From Minisyncoccota bacterium (GTDB lineage Bacteria; Patescibacteriota; Minisyncoccia; Phycocordibacterales; GWA1-40-21), in contig JAVHRR010000021.1 of the NCBI GenBank assembly GCA_036171775.1, forward strand, positions 1 to 41,097: a DNA stretch of 41,097 bases. The letters are read 5' to 3'. Positions within the stretch are counted from its first letter, which is position 1. Every line of letters begins with the position of its first letter. The notes below the pieces were generated by a model. The model made no database searches and had not been told where the DNA came from. It was given only the letters and a program-made list of their open reading frames with translations. Shown piece by piece: positions 18,893 to 27,790 of the stretch. The position numbers and the translations under genes were made by a program.

Positions 18893-19579
18893 CTATTTCA
18901 GGTCTTGTTTTAATGCAGTTAATATTAATCCAGCCTCAACGTCTAAAGTGTCATCTATAACATTAGCTGGTATATGTTTAATATTTATATATTTAGGTCC
19001 CAAAGCAACAACGGGTCTTAACATATTTATCTGTGCTCTTTTAAAATCATTATCCAGTAGATGTTCAAGTTTTTTAAAAAAAGAATTGATACTTTTTTTG
19101 TATGAATCTATTCCATATACTTTCGATTCAATTCCTGTATTTATTAATTTAATAGTACTGTCAAAAATAAACGTCGGTTCAAATTCAACTGCTTCTAATA
19201 AAGAATTAAACTTTTTGCATGCAGAAACCGCAATATCAATTTGTTGTGATAACGTAAAGTTTATTCCTTTCTTTAAAACAAAGATTCTTTCTTCATTGAT
19301 ATAAACTTTATTAAATTTAGAATGCTGAAATACATGAAATTTTTTATCTTTTTTATCCAAATCTAAATTTTTGCGTACACTGGAAATATAATCGATTAAA
19401 TCTTTAACGGATTCTTCTGCGTCACGAGAAATCATAAGGAACATATCTTCAATTTCTTTTTTGTTGTTTTTTAGGCACTTATTTTTTTCATATAACTCCT
19501 TTAAATACCAAAGTGTGAGCGATGAAAAAATTGCTAAAAATGATCCTATTAATGCCTGATATTCATTTATAAATTTCAT
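18893..19579 (-). CDS. hypothetical protein with an N-terminal TM helix
   Basis: 228 aa; YQALIGSFLAIFSSLTLWYL; third gene of the RT operon. Confidence 0.75.
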   Translation of the reverse strand: MKFINEYQALIGSFLAIFSSLTLWYLKELYEKNKCLKNNKKEIEDMFLMISRDAEESVKDLIDYISSVRKNLDLDKKDKKFHVFQHSKFNKVYINEERIFVLKKGINFTLSQQIDIAVSACKKFNSLLEAVEFEPTFIFDSTIKLINTGIESKVYGIDSYKKSINSFFKKLEHLLDNDFKRAQINMLRPVVALGPKYINIKHIPANVIDDTLDVEAGLILTALKQDLK

Positions 19580-19595
19580 AGTAAATAATAATTAT

Positions 19596-20327
19596 TTATA
19601 ACTTTAACGTCTTCTTCTTTTCCCTACTGCCAAATATGTCCATAATTATATTTCCCACTCGACTTAGTGTAATATTAATACCACCTCCATCAACCTCAGC
19701 TTTATATTTGCTTGAATTAGGATTTTCACGTAATTTTTTATAATCATCCTCATCATCAACCCTAACATCCACAGGCTCGTATTCTAAATCAAACAGACCA
19801 GAGCCTATCAAACCTCTAACGTCTTCACTGTTCATAAAATCTTTTGCTTTATTCAAAAACCACTGTAAATCATAATTTGTTATTTTTTGAAGAACATTAG
19901 AAGTTTTTAAAAAATCATCATAACTAATTTTACCGTTAACAAAAAACTTAAAAACGTTCGCGACTCTTTCGGAATTTTCGAAATCATTGCAACTATCTAT
20001 AATGTAAAGCAATTTTTCCCCAACTTTAACTCGATATTTTTTAGATTCATCAATCTCTTTTATTATTTTATTTCTATCCTCAACAGAAACATTCTTTAAA
20101 CCATTCAGAAAAGAGATAATTTTCTTCAAAAATAATTTATCATGTATATTAGCACCGAGCTTTGTAATTCCTATTACAGTTCCAACGATAGGCAAACTCT
20201 GAACAGTTGGATCTTTAATAATTGAATCTAAAGCTAACTCTGTAATATCAATAGCAATTCCTTTTAAATCGGTATCTTTTAGTGTTGAATCAAAAGATTC
20301 TTGTATTGTAATATTATTGTTTTCCAT
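19596..20327 (-). CDS. hypothetical helical protein (possibly Abi-alpha/DUF4393-like)
   Basis: 243 aa; starts 12 nt after the RT stop; LPIVG...DKLFLKKIISFL pattern. Confidence 0.75.
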   Translation of the reverse strand: MENNNITIQESFDSTLKDTDLKGIAIDITELALDSIIKDPTVQSLPIVGTVIGITKLGANIHDKLFLKKIISFLNGLKNVSVEDRNKIIKEIDESKKYRVKVGEKLLYIIDSCNDFENSERVANVFKFFVNGKISYDDFLKTSNVLQKITNYDLQWFLNKAKDFMNSEDVRGLIGSGLFDLEYEPVDVRVDDEDDYKKLRENPNSSKYKAEVDGGGINITLSRVGNIIMDIFGSREKKKTLKL

Positions 20328-20339
20328 ATATAACCTAAA

Positions 20340-21989
20340 TTATTTTTTTGATTGTTTTATCAATTGTCTATATCCAAAAACACTAATAATTTTATATAGT
20401 GGTATTTCTTTTTGCTTACCATTATTTACTAAAAAAATTGTTTCATCATTAAGAACTATTTTGCTTTTATTTATATCAAAAAATGATTCAATCAACCAAT
20501 TAGACTTATATTTTTTAATAATCTTATTTGTTATTTTTTTATCTATCTCTAGCTTACATCTTCTAGTAATATACAAAGTCCAAATTAATGGAAAAATTTC
20601 GTCTTTTTCTAGAAAGCTTTCTATAAGTCTTACTAAATAATCTTGAATACATGTTTTAACTTCTTTGTTAGAAGTTCCTTTATAACAATAGTAAATAAAT
20701 GCTAAAAACGATGGCCACGCACTAGGAACTAGTTTACACAACGTACTAAAATGTGAAAAAACTGCAATATAATTTTCTTCAATATCCACCAAGTGTGGGT
20801 TTGCATCTGTTACTTTCTTTTTTATTTCTATTTTTTCGATACCTTCTCTTATAAAGTACCCGAGGATGGCTTTTATTATATACTGATCTTTGTACTTTTT
20901 ATAAAGGTCACGAGTAGTTTTTAACCAAAAAATTATATCCGATTCATCTAATTCAAAAATCTTTTCTTTTTTATTAAGTTTTTGATCAATTTCATTTTTA
21001 ATTTGTTTAAGTTCCACTTTCCAATACTTTGTATCTTCAAGTGAATCTACGTCGGAACAAAAAGTTTTGTCGTCATTTACGCCTAGGTGGTACTCATCGA
21101 GTATTTTTTGCATTTCCATCCGAATTTTATCAGCCAAATCCTGATTCTTTGTCAAAAAAACATAATCATCCTTAAATCTAAAGCCAATGTATTTATTACT
21201 TTGTTTAATAAATTTTTTTGAAAGTTCTTTGTCGATTGATCTTAACAATATTTCAGAACTAAAGTCTGATGTATATGGACCGATAAGAATACCTTTAGTT
21301 CTATTTCTGTTCAACTTTCTTGTTAATTCATCGAGCTTATTTGCTGGATAATTATAATTATGAAATTTACATTTATCACGCCCTTTGCATAAACATGTAT
21401 TATCATGACGTGTTCTTTTGTCCAATGCCCATGCAAGTGAATGGACATAAATACTTGGATAAAAATCTTTTATATCGAGAAAAACACAATGAGTATAGTC
21501 TCTTAGCAATGACTGTAGATCAATTTCTGATAGTACCTTGTGATTACTAATACCAATTTCTGATCTTTTTTTGCCTTCAATAAAAAGAGGTACACTATAG
21601 GGAATTATATTATCTTTTTTTTCATCTAGCGTTAAATGTTTTTTAAATATTTGCCAATTTTCTGAAACAAATTTCGTTAAATAAAGATGATTTATAAAAG
21701 GTGGAACAGATAAAGTTCTTAGTGTATATTTTGTTTTTGGAAAATACAATAAAGTTGGTTTGCCGTCGGGAATATATTTTGAATAATCAATTTTTTTAAG
21801 ATATTTTTTAACAGATGCGTTTTTAGCTAATCCGCATGAAAGAAAAAAATCTGACGGCAGAAATTGTTCCTCTGGAAAATAACCGTCATTAATAAAATAG
21901 TCAGAAATTTTTTCTTTAGTTAATTTATTAAGGTTATTATTTATTTCATTAAACCTCTTATTCTTTGTTTTAATGGTGTAACTGCTCAT
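20340..21989 (-). CDS. UG/Abi-type (defence-associated) reverse transcriptase with an alpha-helical C-terminal region
   Basis: GYFPE, FPKTKYTLRTLSVP, LDIKDFYPSIYVHSLAWAL, GILIGPYTSDFSSEI, FRFKDD, LGVNDDKT. Start is ATG 21989 or TTG 21995. Confidence 0.9.
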   Translation of the reverse strand: MSSYTIKTKNKRFNEINNNLNKLTKEKISDYFINDGYFPEEQFLPSDFFLSCGLAKNASVKKYLKKIDYSKYIPDGKPTLLYFPKTKYTLRTLSVPPFINHLYLTKFVSENWQIFKKHLTLDEKKDNIIPYSVPLFIEGKKRSEIGISNHKVLSEIDLQSLLRDYTHCVFLDIKDFYPSIYVHSLAWALDKRTRHDNTCLCKGRDKCKFHNYNYPANKLDELTRKLNRNRTKGILIGPYTSDFSSEILLRSIDKELSKKFIKQSNKYIGFRFKDDYVFLTKNQDLADKIRMEMQKILDEYHLGVNDDKTFCSDVDSLEDTKYWKVELKQIKNEIDQKLNKKEKIFELDESDIIFWLKTTRDLYKKYKDQYIIKAILGYFIREGIEKIEIKKKVTDANPHLVDIEENYIAVFSHFSTLCKLVPSAWPSFLAFIYYCYKGTSNKEVKTCIQDYLVRLIESFLEKDEIFPLIWTLYITRRCKLEIDKKITNKIIKKYKSNWLIESFFDINKSKIVLNDETIFLVNNGKQKEIPLYKIISVFGYRQLIKQSKK

Positions 21990-22149
21990 ATTCAATAAAG
22001 TATTCTATATACAAAATATGATCTTTAAGACTGCTAAAATTTAGTCAAAAATACTGTTGACAACCCCACTTCGCAAGGCACTCAACTTAAGCTAAGGTAT
22101 AGCACAATATCGTTTTTTACGATAGAATATCAATACAATTAAATAAAAG

Positions 22150-22340
22150 ACGGCCTAACCCCTTTAGTTTACTAGAGGATATGGTTGCAAACCCCGCTAG
22201 AGAATAAAGAACTCCTCGTCAGAGTCACTCTAGCGGGTCATATCTGGAAACGGGTATGGGTGGGGCCGAAAGGTTTCATCGCGATGGCGGGGAGCTCTTT
22301 GTTCACGAAGACTCTTCTCATTGCTAAAACCCGCTAGAGT
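22150..22340 (+). ncRNA. structured leader / c4-like antisense RNA candidate
   Basis: 20-bp closing helix (22202-22221 with 22285-22304), two GAAA-capped hairpins, and internal ACTCTAGCGGGT complementary to both upstream and downstream CCCGCTAGAG. Confidence 0.65.
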
Positions 22341-23414
22341 ATGTCAATAATAATTTCAACTAATGGCGATAAGGCTGTTAGATTAGATAAAACTTCTTTT
22401 GATAAAGAGAAGTTTCTCCAAGAATATATTTATAAGAATCCTGAAAGTATTCCTCTTTATGATATTAAAGAAGATATCAGATTACTTGTTTTGGCTCGCG
22501 AATTTAGAACTGAAAGTGGACCGATTGATGCCATCGGTATAGATGGATCAGGAGAACTATACATAATCGAAACAAAACTCTACACAAATGCTGATAAAAG
22601 AAATGTTATTGCTCAAGCACTAGATTACGGAGCATCTCTTTGGAATCATTCAAACGATTTTAATGAATTTTTGGCCACTTTAGATGAACATACACAAAAA
22701 GTATTTAAACTTAAAACAATAGAAAAGATTAAAGAGTTTTTTGGACTAACAGACGAAGATGTTCAGTTAGTGATAGAAAAAGCCAAGAGTAATCTTAACG
22801 ATGGAATCTTTCATTTCGTTGTTTTAATGGACAGAGTAGACGATAGACTCAAAGATCTTATACGTTTCGTAAACCAGAACAGTCAATTTGATATCTATGC
22901 TGTTGAATTTGAATATTACAAACACGAAAAACAAGAAATCATTATTCCTAAGATATTTGGTGCAGAGGTAAAGAAAGATATCGCAGTAAGTAGCTCTTCA
23001 TCAGGTGAAAGAAGAAAGTGGAATGAGGAGTTACTTCTCGCAGATGCAAAAAATAATTATTCTGACAAAGAGTACACAGCTTTCAAAAAGATTTATGATT
23101 TCTCAAAAGAAAAGGCGGATTATGTTAAGTATGGAACAGGTAATAAGTACGGATCATTTAATCCAGTGTTCGAGAAAATATGTTCAAGATCTCTTTATAC
23201 TTTGGGTACGGATGGAAGGATGTCATTTAACTTTGAATGGATTAAAAACAACGATATACAAGAAGTGGAGTTTATAGATAAGTATGCGAAAGCCATGAAG
23301 GATATTGGTTTTACTATTCCAGATAATTATAGAGAAGTTCGTCCAAGTGTCCTATCTGACGAATGGGCTAACAGAGCAGATGAATTTATTAAAGCAATCA
23401 GGAGCCTAATATAG
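22341..23414 (+). CDS. PD-(D/E)XK nuclease with a NucS/EndoMS-like nuclease domain
   Basis: EKFLQEYI, AREFRTESGPIDAIGIDGSGELYIIETK, RNVIAQALDY. Confidence 0.82.
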   Translation: MSIIISTNGDKAVRLDKTSFDKEKFLQEYIYKNPESIPLYDIKEDIRLLVLAREFRTESGPIDAIGIDGSGELYIIETKLYTNADKRNVIAQALDYGASLWNHSNDFNEFLATLDEHTQKVFKLKTIEKIKEFFGLTDEDVQLVIEKAKSNLNDGIFHFVVLMDRVDDRLKDLIRFVNQNSQFDIYAVEFEYYKHEKQEIIIPKIFGAEVKKDIAVSSSSSGERRKWNEELLLADAKNNYSDKEYTAFKKIYDFSKEKADYVKYGTGNKYGSFNPVFEKICSRSLYTLGTDGRMSFNFEWIKNNDIQEVEFIDKYAKAMKDIGFTIPDNYREVRPSVLSDEWANRADEFIKAIRSLI

Positions 23415-23895
23415 ATTGCTTTTCCTCATTGGTTAAATTATCATCTTTTTCAGAAAAATCAGTAATTATAAATTCAGTAGGTTTTTTTCCTTGTTTGGCT
23501 TGTTCATTTTCTTTTCTAAATTTTTCCATCTGATCTTCTGTTAGTTTTCTTGTTATTACTTCTATAGCAATTTTTCTTACTATTTCTGAGTCTTCAAAGA
23601 ATACATTTTCCATTCTTGGTTTAACATATCTCTTACAATTTCCACCTAACCAATACTTCATTGCCCAAGGTTCACCCTTAGTAGCTTGGCTTATCAATTT
23701 ACTTTCAACCAAGTCAGTTACAGAATCTCTGCCTCTCCAAAGACATTCGTCCATGTCGTCTGCAAAATTTTCCACTGTTTCTCTCCATTCATAAATAGTA
23801 GATTTTGCTATACAAGCTCTTTTTGCAGCAATTGATACGTTTGGGATTTCCTCGAGTATCTCCAGAAATTTTTTTCTTTCATTAGGCGTTTTCAT
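23398..23895 (-). CDS. HTH protein resembling a phage terminase small subunit
   Basis: KFLEILEEIPNVSIAAKRACIAKSTIYEWR...FADDMDE, DLVESKLI...GEPWAMKYWL; overlaps the methylase 3' end. Confidence 0.72.
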   Translation of the reverse strand: MKTPNERKKFLEILEEIPNVSIAAKRACIAKSTIYEWRETVENFADDMDECLWRGRDSVTDLVESKLISQATKGEPWAMKYWLGGNCKRYVKPRMENVFFEDSEIVRKIAIEVITRKLTEDQMEKFRKENEQAKQGKKPTEFIITDFSEKDDNLTNEEKQSILGS

Positions 23896-25219
23896 TTAAT
23901 TTAATAGCTTTTTTCCCAGTTAGATTTTCCCATCTCTTTTTTATTACTTCTGCATAGATGGGACACTTTTCCATGATGTAACATCTTCTTTTTAGCTTTG
24001 TTGCAGCTATAAGAGTAGAACCACTTCCACCAAACGGTTCAACTATAAGATCATCTCTCTTTGTTAAGACTTTGATGTATGGGATCAGAATTTCTATTGG
24101 TTTTGTTCCAAAGATAATTCCCTGCCCAGATGATTTTTCATCTGAAGCGATATTCTCTATGAAATCTGTAGGACAAATTTTCTTTCCAGCCTCATAACCT
24201 TCCCAATGAGGTTTACCAGACGTAGCAAATAATGCGGTCTCATATTCTTCTTGAAGTAATGGTTCATTTTCTGGTTCCATATTTAGTTCTACAGTTCCTG
24301 AACTACCAACAATTGCAAAGTCGTGTTTGTTAAAGAATTTATACTTAGCAGAAAATCCCTGAACTCTATTTGGAATGTGCCAGATAATTGTATTTCTATA
24401 TTTCCAGTGCTTTTCTAATTCATTCCATATTAATCTGAGATTTTTTGGATTCTCATAAATAATAATTGAAAAATCTGGTTTTTGAATCTTTGCCATATTG
24501 GCCATCCATAGTTCCGTAAAGTTATCAGGTAATGTTTCTGTTCCAATATAAACTCTGTCTCTCTTGTGACCAAAACCCGATGTAACTTCCCCATTCTTTT
24601 TCTTCTTTCCTTTTAAGTAATCTAAAACATAAGGGGGGTCTGTGAAGACCATACTAGCCTTTTCTGTTCCCATGAGTTTGAGTACATCTTCCTCCTTCAT
24701 GGAGTCACCAACGAGCAATTTAGAGCCATCTAGGTCATACATATCGCCTGTTTTAGCTTCTATTTCGCCAATTTCCATCTTAGCTAGTTCTTTCTCAATA
24801 TCGAACTCTTCAGGAACATCTTCGACTGCAAAAATGTCATCGATCTCTTCACTTGAGAATCCTACGTTAGATAATATGTTTTCATCAAACTCTGATAACA
24901 AATCTAGATCCCATTCACCTTGGTTCTTATTTAATCTCATATTCAACTCTTTTTCTTTTTCAATCGTAAGATCAACATAAACAACAGGCATTTCCTTAAA
25001 ACCAATCTCTTTACATACTTCTAATCTGAAATGTCCACCAATTACAATATTTTTTCTTTCACTATTACCGTTTGTAATAATTGGGTCAACATTTCCGAAT
25101 CTTTTTATGCTTTCTGTTAAATCTTTCTTTTGTTCTTCATCCCATTTTCTTGGATTGTATTCAGATGGAATTAATAAACTAATATCTACATACTCTATTT
25201 TTAAATTTTCTTTATTCAT
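23882..25219 (-). CDS. ParB/Srx-N domain fused to an N6/N4 DNA methyltransferase (phage-type)
   Basis: LIPSEYNPR, IGGHFRL, LLVGDS, FTDPPY, TKPIE, EPFGGSGSTLIA. Confidence 0.92.
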   Translation of the reverse strand: MNKENLKIEYVDISLLIPSEYNPRKWDEEQKKDLTESIKRFGNVDPIITNGNSERKNIVIGGHFRLEVCKEIGFKEMPVVYVDLTIEKEKELNMRLNKNQGEWDLDLLSEFDENILSNVGFSSEEIDDIFAVEDVPEEFDIEKELAKMEIGEIEAKTGDMYDLDGSKLLVGDSMKEEDVLKLMGTEKASMVFTDPPYVLDYLKGKKKKNGEVTSGFGHKRDRVYIGTETLPDNFTELWMANMAKIQKPDFSIIIYENPKNLRLIWNELEKHWKYRNTIIWHIPNRVQGFSAKYKFFNKHDFAIVGSSGTVELNMEPENEPLLQEEYETALFATSGKPHWEGYEAGKKICPTDFIENIASDEKSSGQGIIFGTKPIEILIPYIKVLTKRDDLIVEPFGGSGSTLIAATKLKRRCYIMEKCPIYAEVIKKRWENLTGKKAIKLNENA

Positions 25220-25239
25220 TTTTGTAATTTAGTACTAAT

Positions 25240-25310
25240 AAAAAAACACCTAGACACGAGTCCGTATTTTCATACAGGCTAATGTCTGGGCGTTCCAGAC
25301 GATGCTCTTC
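25240..25310 (-). promoter_or_regulatory. terminator/attenuator hairpin in the methylase leader
   Basis: Minus strand AACGCCCAGACAT...CTGTAT-GAAA-ATACGG...GTGTCTAGGTGTT plus U-tract; upstream GTCTGG can pair with CCAGAC instead. Confidence 0.55.
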
Positions 25311-25329
25311 TAATTGTACTAACTTAAAC

Positions 25330-25596
25330 TTATTGTATTTGTATTATTTCAGAATAACTAGCGATAAGGATTTTCATTTTACATTGAGGACAAGTGATGG
25401 AAATTTGAGATGGATTACCCGGTATCTCTATGTAGGTAAATTGTGGAGACTCTGATCTTCCACCAACCATCATTTGTATTCGGTCATTCCTTAAATCTTT
25501 CTTATATAATAATTTGCCACATTCGCAAGTATTTTCACTCCAAACTGAGCCATCTTGATGTTTAATATGTTTAACTCCGGGAGTTCTATTCTGCAT
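25330..25596 (-). CDS. zinc-ribbon protein, Mu Com-like
   Basis: TCECGKLL...ISITCPQCK; probable start ATG 25596; directly upstream of a DNA methylase. Confidence 0.65.
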   Translation of the reverse strand: MQNRTPGVKHIKHQDGSVWSENTCECGKLLYKKDLRNDRIQMMVGGRSESPQFTYIEIPGNPSQISITCPQCKMKILIASYSEIIQIQ

Positions 25597-25830
25597 GTGA
25601 TTAATTATTATGCTTATAAATGATACCTCCATATTTTCGACAAAATACTTAATATCATCAATACTAATTTTACGCGGGTTTTCTAATAAAAGAAGACCCG
25701 ATCTTTAAAGCAAACCAAAAATATTAGGTTGTAAAGCTCACCGTCACAAAATGACAAAATTAAAGGGTTTATTAGCAGAAATAAAGCAAAAAGTGACATT
25801 ATAACACCATTTTAAGCCATATTTTATATG

Positions 25831-26391
25831 CTATTTAGATAACTCTTTGTACATTTTTTGTATACCGTTTTCATCTAAATACTCACTTATAAAAAATTTT
25901 TTATCTTTATAATCAAAAGCTTCTTTCTTTTGGGGGTTTATCCAAATAAAAAAATTATAACTATTATCACCATAGGAAATTTTATATTTTTTAGCCAACT
26001 TTCTTATTACTTTAGTTGGAATAGCAATTGTGTGTGGTTTTAAAGTTCGTCTGCCTATTTTTGATGATTCACTTATCACATAAATTAAAAAAATAAAATA
26101 ATCCGCGGTTGAATTATCGATTACCTTTTTTGGAAAGAAAAACCATCCACCAGATCCATCACCGTGGTTTTTTGATTCTTTTTCTTTTGGTTCGTAAGCC
26201 CTACTTCCTTTTACTTGTATAGAAAGCAATTTTTTAGTTTTTGTATTTACTAGCATCAAATCAATATCTTTCATTTGTGCATTAAGAGGCATAAAAACAT
26301 CTATATTTTTATTGTGGGCGTCTCTTAGTATACCTGTGACAACAGCTTCATCTGTATTTAAACTCCAAAAATTTTTATATGCTTTTCCCAT
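25831..26391 (-). CDS. PD-(D/E)XK nuclease-like protein
   Basis: DEAVV...KDIDLML...SIQVKGSR, ADYFIF. Confidence 0.75.
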   Translation of the reverse strand: MGKAYKNFWSLNTDEAVVTGILRDAHNKNIDVFMPLNAQMKDIDLMLVNTKTKKLLSIQVKGSRAYEPKEKESKNHGDGSGGWFFFPKKVIDNSTADYFIFLIYVISESSKIGRRTLKPHTIAIPTKVIRKLAKKYKISYGDNSYNFFIWINPQKKEAFDYKDKKFFISEYLDENGIQKMYKELSK

Positions 26392-26444
26392 ATATCAATA
26401 TCATATCACAAAATTTTGTTTCAGTTTTTTTACCAAAATAATAA

Positions 26445-27350
26445 TTAGAATTCTTTTTTTAAACTTAATTTCCCTTCAAATTTGGTTGCGGTCCATCTTT
26501 TATAATGTTTCTTAAATGAATCATTGATTGGGTTGTCTGCAAAAGGGTTATTTACAAAATAACAATCATCACCAATATCATCTGGATGACTCGAAACTAA
26601 ATTATCTGAAAACAAAACACCACTTACAAAACTAAATTCATTATTTGTAAAATAATCTACTAAAACTGGCTCGTTGTTAGTTTTATTAATACTATTTCGG
26701 TGCGTATAATTTGTTTCCCCAGTTTTTATATTAATACTCATAAACTGGAAACCGAATAGGGCTTTTATAATATTTGGCATATTCGAATCCTCAACATGCT
26801 GTAAATCTGCTGTATTCAATGCAATAATAAAAGACATCTTATTATTAAACCAGCTTTTACTTTTCCATTTTTCATATTGATCTAATGCCTTACTTTTTAT
26901 TGCCTGTGTAATACGTAAGATCATTTGATCTGTTGGTACATTCATGACACGTATTTCCTGTGGCGTTTTAGCCACATACATTTCTGGAACAGAATCTGAT
27001 TTTATTGAATCTCCTTTTGTTGGGGCAACACACTCAATATAAATTGACTCATCTATAATAAAATCTGGACCTTCGTCTTTGGAGCTTATTATAGTTGCAT
27101 CTTTAAGTAATATGTTGCCAACATACATCTCCCATGACCTTTGATGAAAATTTATTTTAATTTGATCTTTAAAATGCGTGTCCGCATATGGTTTATAATT
27201 TTTCCATAATTTATCAAATTTTTCTCGGTATTTTTTTAAACTAGAACACACTATAAAATATGGATCATATTGAGGGTATTTTTCTTTTAATTTCTCTACT
27301 TCGCTACTTTCTACTACTGGAAGTTCATCTATAAAAATTGAATCGCTCAT
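26445..27350 (-). CDS. hypothetical protein with a PD-(D/E)XK-like motif
   Basis: FHQRSWEMY, EGPDFII..IYIECVAP, FVNNPFA. Confidence 0.72.
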   Translation of the reverse strand: MSDSIFIDELPVVESSEVEKLKEKYPQYDPYFIVCSSLKKYREKFDKLWKNYKPYADTHFKDQIKINFHQRSWEMYVGNILLKDATIISSKDEGPDFIIDESIYIECVAPTKGDSIKSDSVPEMYVAKTPQEIRVMNVPTDQMILRITQAIKSKALDQYEKWKSKSWFNNKMSFIIALNTADLQHVEDSNMPNIIKALFGFQFMSINIKTGETNYTHRNSINKTNNEPVLVDYFTNNEFSFVSGVLFSDNLVSSHPDDIGDDCYFVNNPFADNPINDSFKKHYKRWTATKFEGKLSLKKEF

Positions 27351-27524
27351 TTTGCAATATTACCACGCAGTGTCCGATTTGTCCGATTCTTGTCAAAAAA
27401 GCTATATATTACTTTGACTCAAAGTGACCTGTTTGCATCCCGATCTAGCTTCAAAAGTAGCTGGAAAAGCCTCGCAACATCTCGAAGGTCTTGGTCCTGA
27501 ACCTGTATGGGGAGCAGTTAGTAC

Positions 27525-27690
27525 AATAGCGCCTTAGGGTGCTATTTTACTTTACTGCTCCGAGAAGTCAGCGAATAGCTGACGTGACAGGGATCGAAAA
27601 CCTTGAGTGTATCGCACGGAACGTAGTGAGTACGATACGAAAGGTCTACTGTCCTCGTAGAGAAAGATGCCCTGTCATTCAGGAGTTAGG
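27525..27690. repeat. hairpin plus inverted and direct partial copies of the tRNA-Asn 3' end
   Basis: AATAGCGCC-TTAG-GGTGCTATT hairpin; GACAGGGATCGAA (27586-27598) is the exact reverse complement of 11845-11857; CTGCTCCG at 27555; GATGCCCTGTC at 27666-27676. Confidence 0.6.
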
Positions 27691-27790
27691 GAATTAAAAC
27701 CTTGATTCATTTGAGTTTCTTAGTTCACTAACAATTTCATTTATTTTCTCTACTTTACACATGACAAAAAATCAACTAAAATGATTATAT

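Larger units (their letters stand above)
11852..27521. mobile_element. genomic island integrated at the tRNA-Asn 3' end (defence cargo, large serine recombinase)
   Basis: CCTGTCTCCGGAGCAGTTAG (11852-11871) vs CCTGTATGGGGAGCAGTTAG (27502-27521), 17/20 with an 11-bp exact core. Encloses a recombinase, R-M genes, an RT, nucleases and a ParB-methylase. Confidence 0.8.

Noticed and set aside
20340-21995. RT as a group II intron, retron, DGR or CRISPR-associated RT
   Set aside because: No YADD, maturase or intron ends, no VTG retron motif, and no TR/VR pair or cas1 seen; motifs fit UG/Abi.
22150-22340. Structured region as the RT's template ncRNA
   Set aside because: G-U pairs and GAAA tetraloops favour the plus strand, opposite to the RT, and the last box abuts the nuclease ATG. 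A trans role is not excluded.
23398-25632. Intact prophage
   Set aside because: No large terminase, portal, capsid, tail or lysis genes within the att boundaries.
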